The position numbers and the translations under genes are program-made. 64,000 nucleotides of DNA, from positions 341,025 through 405,024 of the forward strand of contig JAPWKC010000002.1 in the NCBI GenBank assembly GCA_028283725.1, given 5' to 3'. Below the pieces are notes generated by a model that saw only the letters and a list, made by a program, of their open reading frames with translations, was not told the DNA's origin and did not search any database. The stretch's first letter is position 1, and each line of letters opens with the position of its first letter. Origin of the DNA: Neorhizobium sp. Lineage in GTDB: Bacteria; Pseudomonadota; Alphaproteobacteria; Rhizobiales; Rhizobiaceae. This document shows positions 47,281 to 57,431 of the stretch, one piece after another.

Positions 47281-48908
47281 TCGACTGGACCCATCACCTG
47301 ATCATCGCGCCGATCCTCATTCCGCTCGTGGCAGCGGCGGTGCTGCTGTTCATCGATGAGCGCCAGAGGGTTGCCAAGGCCTTCGTCAGCCTCGCAGCCG
47401 TGCTGCTCCTCGGCGCCGCCGCGCTCATACTCTTCGGTATAGAGAGCGGGCCGAACGCCTTCGAGGGCGCCTATCTGCTGGGCAACTGGGCCTCGCCTTT
47501 CGGCATCGTGCTGGTGGTCGACGGGCTGTCGGCGATGATGGTGTTGCTGACCGCCATTCTGGCGCTTGCCTGCCTCGTCTATTCGCTCGCTCGCTGGCAT
47601 GCGGTCGGCGCGCATTTCCATACGATGTTCCAGCTCCTGCTCATGGGGGCGAACGGCGCCTTCCTGACCGGCGATCTCTTCAATCTCTTCGTCTTCTTCG
47701 AAGTCATGCTGGCGGCATCCTACGGGCTTCTCCTGCACGGTTCGGGCGCGCTTCGCGTCAAGGCGGGCATGCATTATATCGCCATCAATCTGGCTGCCGC
47801 CCTCCTCTTCCTGATCGGCGTCAGCTTGATCTACGGCACGGCCGGCACGCTCAATATGGCGGATCTGGCGGCGCGCATTCCGAGCCTGGAGCCACGCCGG
47901 CTGATGCTGATGGAAGCCGGTGCCGGCGTGCTCGGCATCGCCTTCCTGATCAAGGCCGGTATGTGGCCGCTCTGCTTCTGGCTGCCGACGGCCTATAGTG
48001 CGGCTTCGGCACCGGTCGCCGGCATTTTCGCCATTTTGAGCAAGCTCGGCATCTATGTCATCCTGCGGTTGACGATGCTGTTGTTCGGCGAAGGCCCGGC
48101 CTCTGGTTTCGGTTCGACTGTGCTCCTCTATGGCGGCATCGCCACGCTCGTCTTCGGCACGATCGGCGTTCTCGCCTCCCAGGCGCTCGGCCGGCTTGCA
48201 GGTTTTTCGGTTCTCGTCTCCTCGGGCACGCTGCTCATGGTACTCGGCGTCAATGACGGAGCCGTATCGGCAGGCGCGCTTCTCTATCTCGTCAGCTCGA
48301 CACTGACGATCAGCGCCTTTTTCCTGCTCATCGAACTGGTCGAGCGCGGCCAGGATGCCGGGGCAAACGTTCTGGCCGTCACCATGGAAGCCTATGGCGA
48401 CGGGGAGGATGACGAGATCGAAGACGGCGATGGCGTTGCCATGCCCGGCACGATGGCGATCCTCGGGACATGCTTTGCAGCCTGCGGCATTCTTCTCTCC
48501 GGCCTGCCGCCGCTCTCCGGCTTCATCGCCAAGTTCGCCATGCTGTCGGCGATGCTGGGAACCGGATCGATCGGTGTGCCACCGACTGCCGCCGTCTGGG
48601 CGCTGAGCGTTCTTGTCATCGTCTCGGGCGTCGCGGCGCTGATCGCCATGACCCGCGTCGGTATCCGCACCTTCTGGACCTCGATCGAGGGAACCGTGCC
48701 GCGGGTGTTGGTGATCGAGATCGTGCCGGTGCTTTTCCTGCTTTTCATCACGCTGGGGCTCACCCTGCAGGCAGGGCCGGCCATGCAGTATATGGACACG
48801 ACGATCCGCACGCTTTCAAATCCGAAGGCCTATATCGAGACCGTCCGTGGGGCGACGATCGTTCCAGGGCCAGACCATGCGCAACTGGGTGAAGGGAAGG
48901 GCGGCTGA
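47277..48908 (+). CDS. phaD: Cation/H+ antiporter subunit D
   Basis: GDLFNLFVFFEVML, GLPPLSGFIAK; ATGA overlap start. Confidence 0.93.
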   Translation: MIDWTHHLIIAPILIPLVAAAVLLFIDERQRVAKAFVSLAAVLLLGAAALILFGIESGPNAFEGAYLLGNWASPFGIVLVVDGLSAMMVLLTAILALACLVYSLARWHAVGAHFHTMFQLLLMGANGAFLTGDLFNLFVFFEVMLAASYGLLLHGSGALRVKAGMHYIAINLAAALLFLIGVSLIYGTAGTLNMADLAARIPSLEPRRLMLMEAGAGVLGIAFLIKAGMWPLCFWLPTAYSAASAPVAGIFAILSKLGIYVILRLTMLLFGEGPASGFGSTVLLYGGIATLVFGTIGVLASQALGRLAGFSVLVSSGTLLMVLGVNDGAVSAGALLYLVSSTLTISAFFLLIELVERGQDAGANVLAVTMEAYGDGEDDEIEDGDGVAMPGTMAILGTCFAACGILLSGLPPLSGFIAKFAMLSAMLGTGSIGVPPTAAVWALSVLVIVSGVAALIAMTRVGIRTFWTSIEGTVPRVLVIEIVPVLFLLFITLGLTLQAGPAMQYMDTTIRTLSNPKAYIETVRGATIVPGPDHAQLGEGKGG

Positions 48909-49384
48909 TGTTTCCCTATCCCATTCTGTTCGTCTCGCTGGTTCTGATGTGGCTGTTGCTCGGCGGCTTCACGCCCGGCCAGCTGGTGCTCGGCGTCATC
49001 GTTGCGGTCTTTGCTTCCTGGGCGATGGCATCTCTCAGACCGGAAAAGCCGCGCATCCGCAATATCCACCTGCTGCCGAAACTGTTCGTGATCGTGATGA
49101 TCGACATCATCAAGTCGAACATTCATGTGGCGGGTGTCATCCTCCGAAGTGGTGCGAAACGCCACAATCCGGGTTTTCTCACCGTCTATCTCGATATCCG
49201 CAATGAATTCGCGCTGGCGGTGCTTGCGGTGGTGCTCACCAGCACGCCCGGCTCCGTCTGGCTGGAATATGACAGCAACGATAACAGCGTCCTCCTCCAC
49301 GTGCTCGATATCGACAATGAGACAGTCTGGCGCGATACGATCAAGAACCGCTACGAGAGGCTTTTGATGGAGATCTTCACATGA
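48908..49384 (+). CDS. phaE: Cation/H+ antiporter subunit E
   Basis: DIIKSNI.VA, TSTPGS, LHVLD, YERLLMEIF. Confidence 0.92.
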   Translation: MFPYPILFVSLVLMWLLLGGFTPGQLVLGVIVAVFASWAMASLRPEKPRIRNIHLLPKLFVIVMIDIIKSNIHVAGVILRSGAKRHNPGFLTVYLDIRNEFALAVLAVVLTSTPGSVWLEYDSNDNSVLLHVLDIDNETVWRDTIKNRYERLLMEIFT

Positions 49385-49662
49385 GCACCATCATTCTCTT
49401 CACCGCCGTGTCACTGGCGCAGGTCCTGTTGGTCGTCGCGATTGCCGTTGCATCCGTCAGGATGTTCCGTGGTCCGCGGGCGCAGGACCGGATCATCGCG
49501 CTCGACACCGTCTATATCAACGCCATGCTGCTCATCGTCACCTTCGGCATCGGCACAGGGCGGGCGGTCTATTTCGAGGCGGCGCTGGTGATCGGCATGC
49601 TCGGCTTCGTCGCAAGCGTGGCGCTCGCAAAATTCCTGATGCGCGGGGAGGTGATCGAATGA
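49381..49662 (+). CDS. phaF: Cation/H+ antiporter subunit F
   Basis: RGPRAQDRIIALDT, AKFLMRGEVIE. Confidence 0.92.
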   Translation: MSTIILFTAVSLAQVLLVVAIAVASVRMFRGPRAQDRIIALDTVYINAMLLIVTFGIGTGRAVYFEAALVIGMLGFVASVALAKFLMRGEVIE

Positions 49663-50015
49663 TCCAGTCTGCTTCCGACCTGCCGCTGTGGGCGGCAATC
49701 ATCGTGGCATTCTTCGTGCTGGTCGGCGCCGTGCTTGCGCTGATCGGCGCGATCGGCTTTCTCAAGTTGCCGACCTTCTACGAGCGTATCCATGCGCCGG
49801 CCCTTGGCACCAGCTGGGGTGTCGGCGGTATCATGCTGGCATCCATCGTCTATTTCTCCGTCTCGTCGTCGCGGCTTGCCATCCACGAAATCCTGATCGG
49901 GCTTCTGGTGACGGTGACGACGCCGGTGACGTTCATGCTCCTGGCCCGTGCAGCCCTGCACCGCGACCGGGCTGAGGGAAACGGAGCGGTGCCGGAAAAA
50001 CACCGCCCCGAATGA
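49659..50015 (+). CDS. phaG: Cation/H+ antiporter subunit G
   Basis: FYERIHAP, TTPV...LARA. Confidence 0.92.
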   Translation: MIQSASDLPLWAAIIVAFFVLVGAVLALIGAIGFLKLPTFYERIHAPALGTSWGVGGIMLASIVYFSVSSSRLAIHEILIGLLVTVTTPVTFMLLARAALHRDRAEGNGAVPEKHRPE

Positions 50016-50057
50016 CACGATAAGGCACGCCTCTTCAGAAAGGCCCGTGGCCTCCGA

Positions 50058-52403
50058 TCAGAACTCCTGCCAGTCGTCCTTTGCGGCAATTGCCGCATTG
50101 CCGGATGAGAACCGTCGTGCCGTGTGTGCCACGACCCGCTTCGGTTCCGCGTATGTCGCGCGGGGGGCCGATCGGTAGCCGGAGGCGATATCCGCGCCGC
50201 CTGGCCGATTGTAAGCGGCAGCTCCCGACACATTGAACCGCGTCACGAGTTCGCGAAGCCGCTGCGCCTCGTCATTGAGCGTCATGCTGGCGGCAGTGGT
50301 CTCCTCGACCATCGCCGCATTCTGCTGCGTCACCTGGTCCATCTGGTTGACAGCCTGATTGACTTCCTTGAGGCCGACGGCCTGTTCGCTGGCGGATGCG
50401 GAAATCTGGCGGATCAGGCCGTTGATACCCATGACCTGCGCCGCGATCTTTTGCAGCGCCTCGCCGGCACGGCCGACGAGCTGGACACCTTCCTGCACTT
50501 GAACCGCAGACCCGTTGATCAACGACTTGATCTCCTTGGCGGCGCCAGCCGAACGCTGTGCAAGCTCGCGCACCTCCTGGGCAACGACAGCAAAGCCCTT
50601 GCCGGCCTCGCCGGCGCGGGCAGCCTCGACGCCGGCATTCAGCGCCAGAAGGTTGGTCTGGAAGGCGATCTCGTCGATCACGCCGATAATGCGCGACACT
50701 TCCGTCGATGATTGCGCGATGCCCTGCATCGAGCTCATCGCCTTGCGCACGACCTCGCCGGATTTCTCCGCATCCTCGCAGGCGGCGTTGACGCTGGTGG
50801 CGGCCGAGCGAGCGTTGTCGGCGCTCGAATTGACCTGTTCGGTGATCTCGTTCAGCGCAGCAGCGGTCTCTTCGAGGCTTGCAGCCTGCTGTTCCGTGCG
50901 CTTGGCAAGGTCGGCTGCGCTGTTGCTGATCTCGCCGGTGCCGGAACCGATATTGGCGATGCTGGTATTCATCGTTTCGATCGTCAGTTCGAGACTGTCG
51001 AGCGCGGCGTTGAAATCATGCTTCAGCTTGGCGTATTCGCCGGGGAATTCGTCGTCGATGCGATGGGTGAGGTTGCCGCGCGACAGTTCGGCAAGGCTCG
51101 CACCGACGATCGACACGATATGGCGCTGGAGCCGGGCCGCGCCCTGCCTCTCGCTTTCGGATTTGTTTCTTTCGCTTTCGGCAGCGTCGCGCTGGGTGTC
51201 CGCTTCGTGTTCCAGCCTTCTGCTGTCGGCGAGCTTGAAGCGGAAACCGTCCAGCGCCTTGGCCACGGAGCCGATTTCGTCGCTGCGGTCCTGCGCCGCG
51301 ACGGGTATATCGTAACGGCCGTCGCTCAAGGTCTTCACGTCCGAAACGAGGCCACGAAGAGGCCGCTGAACGAGAGAACGAACGGCAAAGTAGAGCGCCA
51401 GAAGGACGGCACCAAGGACTGCAAGGCCGGTGATGACCATCACCATCGTCTGGGCGTTGACCGGGGCGCTGACCGCTGCATGCGGCACGTCGACCAGCAC
51501 GACCCAGGTGGCGTTGACGCCCGGAACCGCGAAGGGATAGACGACGCGATCGAAGGTGTCCTGGCCGTCGAGGGTCAGGTTGCGCACGAGGCCGGGCTTC
51601 ATGGAGGAGAGTGCGGCCTTCACCTCGGCCGACCCGGCGCCGTCATAGGGCTTGGCCATCAGCGAGGGGATCGGTGCAACGATCCAGTTGCCGTTCTGGG
51701 CAACCAGCGAAACGCGGCCGGATCCGAACGGATGCAGAGCCTGCAGTGTGTCGGTAAGCGACTTCAACGAGATATCCACGCCCTCGACGCCGATCATCTT
51801 GCCATGCGAGACCACCGGGTAGGCGATCGAGGTCAGGAGTGTCGGCACGTCGGTGCCTTCGGCGAGATAAGGCGCGGTGATCGCACCCTTGCCGCTTTCT
51901 GCGGCAAGCTTCCACCAGGCGGCCGTGTAGTCGTTGTCGAAGGTGGAGAACTGGATGGCGCCGTTTCTGTCCTTGGACCAATAGGGTGCGAATGCGCCCT
52001 TCTTGTTGGTGCCGAGTTCGAGATTGTCGGCAATCTCCGTGGTCTTGCCGTCGAACAGGCCGATCTGCTCGCAGAACCAGCTGCCGAACGCATAGGCGTT
52101 CTGTTCGAGATTGGCCTTCAGAATGTCGACGATACCCTTGCGGTCGAGCGTGCCTGCCTGATGAGCCCGGCCGACGACGCCGGACATCGAGCGCGCAGCG
52201 CCCGCCAGTTCACCGATGCTGCCGGCGATCTCGTTGGCAATGGATTTGGCTTCCAGATTGGCCTGATCCATCGTCAGCGTCTGAACGCGATCACGGGTCT
52301 GGTCGATGAGGAAAACGTTGGATGCGACCATCACCACCGCGATGGCAGCACCGGTGATGAGAATAAGCTTGGCGGCAAGTGATTTCATGCGAAGAACGGG
52401 CAC
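50058..52403 (-). CDS. Methyl-accepting chemotaxis protein (dCache sensor, HAMP)
   Basis: IAFQTNLLALNAGVEAARAGEAGKGFAVVAQEVR; C-terminal DWQEF pentapeptide; start GTG 52403 or ATG 52388. Confidence 0.95.
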   Translation of the reverse strand: MPVLRMKSLAAKLILITGAAIAVVMVASNVFLIDQTRDRVQTLTMDQANLEAKSIANEIAGSIGELAGAARSMSGVVGRAHQAGTLDRKGIVDILKANLEQNAYAFGSWFCEQIGLFDGKTTEIADNLELGTNKKGAFAPYWSKDRNGAIQFSTFDNDYTAAWWKLAAESGKGAITAPYLAEGTDVPTLLTSIAYPVVSHGKMIGVEGVDISLKSLTDTLQALHPFGSGRVSLVAQNGNWIVAPIPSLMAKPYDGAGSAEVKAALSSMKPGLVRNLTLDGQDTFDRVVYPFAVPGVNATWVVLVDVPHAAVSAPVNAQTMVMVITGLAVLGAVLLALYFAVRSLVQRPLRGLVSDVKTLSDGRYDIPVAAQDRSDEIGSVAKALDGFRFKLADSRRLEHEADTQRDAAESERNKSESERQGAARLQRHIVSIVGASLAELSRGNLTHRIDDEFPGEYAKLKHDFNAALDSLELTIETMNTSIANIGSGTGEISNSAADLAKRTEQQAASLEETAAALNEITEQVNSSADNARSAATSVNAACEDAEKSGEVVRKAMSSMQGIAQSSTEVSRIIGVIDEIAFQTNLLALNAGVEAARAGEAGKGFAVVAQEVRELAQRSAGAAKEIKSLINGSAVQVQEGVQLVGRAGEALQKIAAQVMGINGLIRQISASASEQAVGLKEVNQAVNQMDQVTQQNAAMVEETTAASMTLNDEAQRLRELVTRFNVSGAAAYNRPGGADIASGYRSAPRATYAEPKRVVAHTARRFSSGNAAIAAKDDWQEF

Positions 52404-52631
52404 GGCATATTCCCCCCAAATAGGAATGCACCGAAGAGCATCCTTCGCTTGCATCGGAAAACCGCCCGATCATGGGGCGATGGCAGATTTTGGCGGCCGG
52501 TCGTGACGATTACCGGCAATTCGCGGAACAATGTCGGTGATCATTTAAATTAGAATGAATCTCATCCGCCGGTTGCGGCTGCCAAAGATCCGCGCAAGGG
52601 CGTGCCGGCGACGGCCGCGACGACCCGCATG

Positions 52632-52661
52632 AAAAAAGCCGCGGGCATGACCCGCGGCTTT
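52632..52661 (-). terminator. Rho-independent terminator of the efe operon
   Basis: AAAGCCGCGGG-catga-CCCGCGGCTTT with a T6 tail on the minus strand. Confidence 0.8.
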
Positions 52662-52690
52662 CCTATCGTCTTTGATCCGTTATGGCAGGA

Positions 52691-53521
52691 TCAGTTCAGG
52701 CCGAGCGTGCCGCGCAGCGTGGACAGATCTTCGGCCAGCGTGTTGACCGGGCCGGCCAGCGCCTTGCGGTCGTCTTCGCTCAGCTTGTCGTAGGTCTCGT
52801 AGCCGTCCTTGGTCTTGTACTTGGCAAGAATGCCGTCGACGGTCTTGAAGTTGGTGTCGATCTTGGCGACGAGATCCGGATTTTCCTTCTTCACCAGCGG
52901 CTGGAGAAGATCGACGATCTTCTTGGCACCATCGACATTGGCCTGGAAGTCCCAAAGGTCGGTGTGGCTGTAGCGATCTTCCTCACCGGAGATCTTCGTG
53001 GCGGCCACTTCTTCCATCAGGGCGGCCGCGCCACCGACGACTTTTTCCGGCGGTACGGTCAGGTCCTTGACGCGGCCCTGAAGCTCGATGACATCGGCAT
53101 AGAGCTTGTCGGCCAGCTTATCGAGGCCCTTGGTCGAGTTTTCCGCAAACAGGCCGTATTCGATACGGTGGAAGCCGGTGAAGTCTTCCGACTTTTCCGC
53201 CTGTTCGTGATCGTCGGCGCGGCTGTCAATCGAGCCATCGAGATCGGAGAAGAGTTCGGCGATCGGTTCGATCTTTTCATAGGTCACGCGGGTCGGGGCG
53301 TAGAGGGCCTTCGCCTTTGCCAGATCGCCGGCCTTGACGGCATCGGTGAACGCCTTGGTGTCCTTGGCAAGCTTGTCGAGGTTTTCCTGGACGTAGATCT
53401 TGTAGTCGGCGATCGGCTGCACGAGGTCGATTGGCGAAACGGCTGCGCTGGCAAGGTTCGCGCCGCCGAGAAGGGCTGCAGTCGAGGCCGCAGCAAGGAG
53501 AATGGAACGCATTTTTGTCAT
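52691..53521 (-). CDS. efeO: EfeM/EfeO-type imelysin (M75-only) periplasmic iron-binding protein
   Basis: Signal peptide; [15 protein letters not shown] (HxxE), [14 protein letters not shown]. Confidence 0.9.
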   Translation of the reverse strand: MTKMRSILLAAASTAALLGGANLASAAVSPIDLVQPIADYKIYVQENLDKLAKDTKAFTDAVKAGDLAKAKALYAPTRVTYEKIEPIAELFSDLDGSIDSRADDHEQAEKSEDFTGFHRIEYGLFAENSTKGLDKLADKLYADVIELQGRVKDLTVPPEKVVGGAAALMEEVAATKISGEEDRYSHTDLWDFQANVDGAKKIVDLLQPLVKKENPDLVAKIDTNFKTVDGILAKYKTKDGYETYDKLSEDDRKALAGPVNTLAEDLSTLRGTLGLN

Positions 53522-53566
53522 GGCGATCTCTCTGTTCGGTTGGAGATGGGACAGTGTGTCTCGTCG

Positions 53567-54901
53567 TCAGCCACGTGCATTTTTCGGCTCCGCAGTCATT
53601 AGAAGTGTTCTGGCGAGATAGTCGCTCTCGTCCTTGACGCCGGGCAGGGCGAAGAAATAGCCGCCGCCGACGGGCTTGATATATTCTTCCAGCGGCTCGC
53701 CGTTGAGCAGGGTCTGGACATGGATGAAACCCTTCTCCAGATCCGCCTGATAGGCGATGAAGAGCAGCCCCATGTCGAGCTGGCCGGATTTGGTCACGCC
53801 GTTCGAATAGTTGAACGGGCGCCGCAGGATGAGATTGGCATCTGATGCCGAGGTTCGCGGATTTGCGAGCCGGATATGCGCCGTCATCGGCGTCACCTTG
53901 CCGGCAGGGTCCTGATCATAGGCGGGAACGTCCGCCTCGATCTTTCCGTCGAAAGGTGCGCCCGTCGCCTTCATCCGGCCGATGATCGTTTCCTGCTCCT
54001 GCAGCGGCGTGCGATCCCAGCGTTCGACGAAATTGCGGATGATACGCACGGCCTGATAGCTGCCATGGGCGGCCCATTCCGGCTCGTCGCCGTCGGGCTG
54101 CACCCAGACGATCCGGTCCATCAGCGGGGTATCGGAGGAGTCCGGATTGGCTGAACCATCGCGAAAACCCAGATAATTGCGGGCACTTTCCTTTGGCATA
54201 TGCGGATTGGGCGCACGCACCGGCACCGAGCCTTCCTGTTTCCAGCGCACCATCAGGAGATCCGGGGTGTTGCGGACGATGTCGCGCAGCGCGTGGATAT
54301 TGGTGTCCGGCGTGTTGGAGCAGAACTGCATAACGAGGTCGCCGTGGCAGAGATCGCGCTCCAGCGCATCGTTTGGAAATTTCACCATCCGTTGCAGCCG
54401 CTTCGGCCGCGAGCGGGCAAGTCCGAACCTGTCGTCGAAAAGCGACGCCCCGACGGAGGTTGTGATCGTCAGGTTATCGGGCGGCACGACAGGGCCCAGA
54501 ATGCCGCTGTCGGACGGCGGAAAACGCGGATCGAGATCCGGCGGCGTACCACCCTTCATCAGAAAAGCGGTGCGTTCGGTCAAAAGCCTGAAAAGGCGTT
54601 CGAGATCGGATGTCGTGCGTGCCAGAATATCGAAGGCGACCACGAGGCCTGCCGCCGGTCTGGGCGTCACGATGCCGGGCTGATATTGACCGTAGAACGG
54701 AATGGACTGGTCCAGCGTATCGCTCTCGGGCGCATTGGCAACCTGCGGACCGCTGCCGCCGGCATTTGCGTAGGCGTGGACGGGGCAGGCGGCGGTACCC
54801 GCGACAAGCCCGGCGGTGCTGACACCGGCGCCGATCAACCATCGCCGTCTGCCGGGTGAGGCCGGGGTCTCGTCATCATGCACTGTCTTGTCGTCGCTCA
54901 T
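53567..54901 (-). CDS. efeB: Dyp-type deferrochelatase/peroxidase EfeB
   Basis: GRRRWL Tat motif; QPGIVTP, GFRDGSANP, HIRLANPR, ILRRPFNY, LNGEPLEEY. Confidence 0.93.
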   Translation of the reverse strand: MSDDKTVHDDETPASPGRRRWLIGAGVSTAGLVAGTAACPVHAYANAGGSGPQVANAPESDTLDQSIPFYGQYQPGIVTPRPAAGLVVAFDILARTTSDLERLFRLLTERTAFLMKGGTPPDLDPRFPPSDSGILGPVVPPDNLTITTSVGASLFDDRFGLARSRPKRLQRMVKFPNDALERDLCHGDLVMQFCSNTPDTNIHALRDIVRNTPDLLMVRWKQEGSVPVRAPNPHMPKESARNYLGFRDGSANPDSSDTPLMDRIVWVQPDGDEPEWAAHGSYQAVRIIRNFVERWDRTPLQEQETIIGRMKATGAPFDGKIEADVPAYDQDPAGKVTPMTAHIRLANPRTSASDANLILRRPFNYSNGVTKSGQLDMGLLFIAYQADLEKGFIHVQTLLNGEPLEEYIKPVGGGYFFALPGVKDESDYLARTLLMTAEPKNARG

Positions 54902-56094
54902 CCGTTTACTCCAAGCCCGTCCAAAAGCTTGCCGATGTCGGTCGCCAAGGCCGAAGCCTTCGCCTTCAGTTCCGCCTTGCCTGCACTCGAAACCGTATCG
55001 TAGCCGGCAAAGCCGTTACCGCTTCGATGTGTGTCAATTGCTGCCGTCAGATCGGCAAAATCCTTGTCGATCGATTGATAGATCGCGCCATTGGTCTTGA
55101 TCGCACCCGGACGGATCAGGTCGGTCACTCGTCGCACGCCGACGAGCGTGGCCGCGAAGGTAGCAAGGTCGGTATGCGCATAGCGCTCTTCTTCCGTATC
55201 GGGGCCGGTGCTGGCAAAACGCTGCAGAACGCTTGCGGCGCCAGACAGCATATGCTCGGGAGAGACGCGAAGATCATGGATACGCTGGGAAAGCGCAGAT
55301 GCATCCGTGTTGAGCTTGTCGGCAATGGGGGCAAGGCCATCAAGGCTGTTTTGCGCAAAGAGGCCGTATTCGATGCGGTGCAGACCGCTGAATGCCGGAT
55401 CGCTCTCCTTCTTTTCGTAGTCGTTGGCGCGCGCGGCAAGGGCGGTGTCGAGGTCGGACAGCGGGCCGGCAACGGGGCCGAGATGGGCATAAGCTGTACG
55501 GGCCGGCTGATAGAGCGCCCGTGCCTCGTCCAGCTTGCCGGCCTTGATCGCATCGACCAGCGCCGATGCGGCCGCGGTAAACGAGCGCGTCTCGCCGGCA
55601 AGGTAGACCTTATATTCAGCCAGTCCACCGATGAAGGCGGTCAATGTCGGCGTGGCAGTGGCCGCGTCGGCCTCTGCCGAGGGCGTGACATGCAGCTTGC
55701 CGCGCGGATTGGACAGAAGCCCGCAGGTGATTTCGTAATCGCCGGGCTCCAGCCGCGCCGAAAGCGTTTGGGTAAAGCCGGGCGCGATATTTTCGCGCTC
55801 TTCGATGACCATGACGCCGTCGAGAATTTCCCATTCGACTGCGCGATCGGATTTGTTGACGATGTTGAAGGTGCGGCGCCCCGCCGGCACCGTCAGCTCC
55901 TGCGGATCGCAGGCACGCCCGGCAATTGTTACAGTCGTGGCGTTCTGCACATTGGCCTGCCCATCGCGATGAGCCGCGCGCGACGCGTAATAGAAAGCGC
56001 CGCCGGCTGCGATGACGAGAACCAGCGAAATGCCGATGCCCGCCTTCATCAGCGCCGGAGACAGGGGAAGAGGTGTCGATTGCTTGCCGGACAT
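54898..56094 (-). CDS. efeO: Cupredoxin + imelysin EfeO
   Basis: N-terminal TM; CDP, EWEILDGVMVIEERENIAPG, CGLLSNPRG cupredoxin; LHRIE. Confidence 0.9.
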   Translation of the reverse strand: MSGKQSTPLPLSPALMKAGIGISLVLVIAAGGAFYYASRAAHRDGQANVQNATTVTIAGRACDPQELTVPAGRRTFNIVNKSDRAVEWEILDGVMVIEERENIAPGFTQTLSARLEPGDYEITCGLLSNPRGKLHVTPSAEADAATATPTLTAFIGGLAEYKVYLAGETRSFTAAASALVDAIKAGKLDEARALYQPARTAYAHLGPVAGPLSDLDTALAARANDYEKKESDPAFSGLHRIEYGLFAQNSLDGLAPIADKLNTDASALSQRIHDLRVSPEHMLSGAASVLQRFASTGPDTEEERYAHTDLATFAATLVGVRRVTDLIRPGAIKTNGAIYQSIDKDFADLTAAIDTHRSGNGFAGYDTVSSAGKAELKAKASALATDIGKLLDGLGVNG

Positions 56095-56110
56095 CAGGGA
56101 CGATCGCTCT

Positions 56111-56950
56111 TCAACGGTTCGAGGTGGACTGGGCCGTGCGAGCGGCGTCCTGCGAGGGCGGCGACAGGTAGAAAATGATCGCGGCCGCGAGATAGACGAG
56201 GTAGGCGACGAGTTCGCTCACCGTCGGTGCGTCGATGTAACCGAAAATACCGCCAAGCGCCGAGCCGAGGGGGCTGTCGAGCGGCAGTCGGTCGCTGAAA
56301 TCGAAGACGACCTGCTGGAAATGGTTCCACAGCCCGGCCTCGTGCAGCGCCTTTACCGCATTGGCGAGAATACCTGCCGCGACGACGAGGATGAACATGC
56401 TGGTCCAGCGGAAAAAGCGCCGCAGATCGAGCTTCAGGCCGCCAATATAGATGCCGTAGCCGACCGCAGCGGCAAGCAGCGTGCCAAGAAGCGCACCCAG
56501 GGGTGCCAGTGCCGTATCCGATTGCTGAAAGGTGGCGAGAAGAAAGAAAACCGATTCGAGTCCTTCGCGCACGACCGCAAGGAAAGCCATAGCCGCGAGC
56601 CCCAGACCGCTGCCATGGGATGCGAGCGCCGCATCGACGGAGTGGTGCAGTTCAGCCTTGATCGAACGGGCGGCCTTCCGCATCCAGAACACCATGGACG
56701 TCAGCACGCAGACGGCGACGATGCCGATCACCGCTTCGAACAGTTCCTGCATTTTCTGCGGAAACTCGGCCCGGACGAATTGCAGGCCGGCGCCGACGGC
56801 AAGCGAGAGCGCGATCGCAAGGAAGATCCCGATCCAGACGACCGGCATCCACTGGCTGCGTCCGCTCTGCGTCAGATAGCTGGCGATGATGCCGACGATC
56901 AGCGCCGCCTCGACCCCTTCGCGGAACATGATGAGAAAAGGTACGAGCAT
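56111..56950 (-). CDS. efeU: FTR1-family iron permease EfeU
   Basis: Two RExxE motifs (REGVE, REGLE). Confidence 0.93.
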   Translation of the reverse strand: MLVPFLIMFREGVEAALIVGIIASYLTQSGRSQWMPVVWIGIFLAIALSLAVGAGLQFVRAEFPQKMQELFEAVIGIVAVCVLTSMVFWMRKAARSIKAELHHSVDAALASHGSGLGLAAMAFLAVVREGLESVFFLLATFQQSDTALAPLGALLGTLLAAAVGYGIYIGGLKLDLRRFFRWTSMFILVVAAGILANAVKALHEAGLWNHFQQVVFDFSDRLPLDSPLGSALGGIFGYIDAPTVSELVAYLVYLAAAIIFYLSPPSQDAARTAQSTSNR

Positions 56951-57431
56951 GGCAATCCTGTTCCCGGGCCGCGGCCCCCTCCAGATCGGGCAAGCCGAGA
57001 GCTAAAGCCTTCCTGATCTGCTCACCTTTTAGTCCGCCACCCGGCGGCCAACAAGCAACTTTTAGCAGAAACTTGTGAACTTGACTTCGTCACACCGGTT
57101 AAAAATTCAACCTTAAGAAGATTTTCAGCGAGGCTCGCGCCGGCCCAAGAGGTGGGGCGAAGGCCGGTCCCGCACCGGTTGAGGTGCTGTCGACAATCGG
57201 GCCCGCCTTTTCCACTAAAAGAGTAATGCATTAGTGGATTGCGGCATGCCGAAATGAATGCTATCGAGATGACAGGACATTCCTGGGAGGAGCGTTCCCG
57301 ACATTGAGATGAAGGCCGGACACGTCACCGCACGTGCCGGCGGCCGTTCTGAGAACCGGCCCTCCTGTTCATTTTTCTGCGCCCTCGCGGGCGCCCTACG
57401 ACTGGTTTCACTGTCTCGAGGAGGAAGAGCC

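Noticed and set aside
57061-57125. Iron-regulator box (RirA IRO, Irr ICE or Fur) upstream of efeU
   Set aside because: AT-rich, but no convincing TGA-N9-TCA or TTTAGAA-N3-TTCTAAA match by eye.
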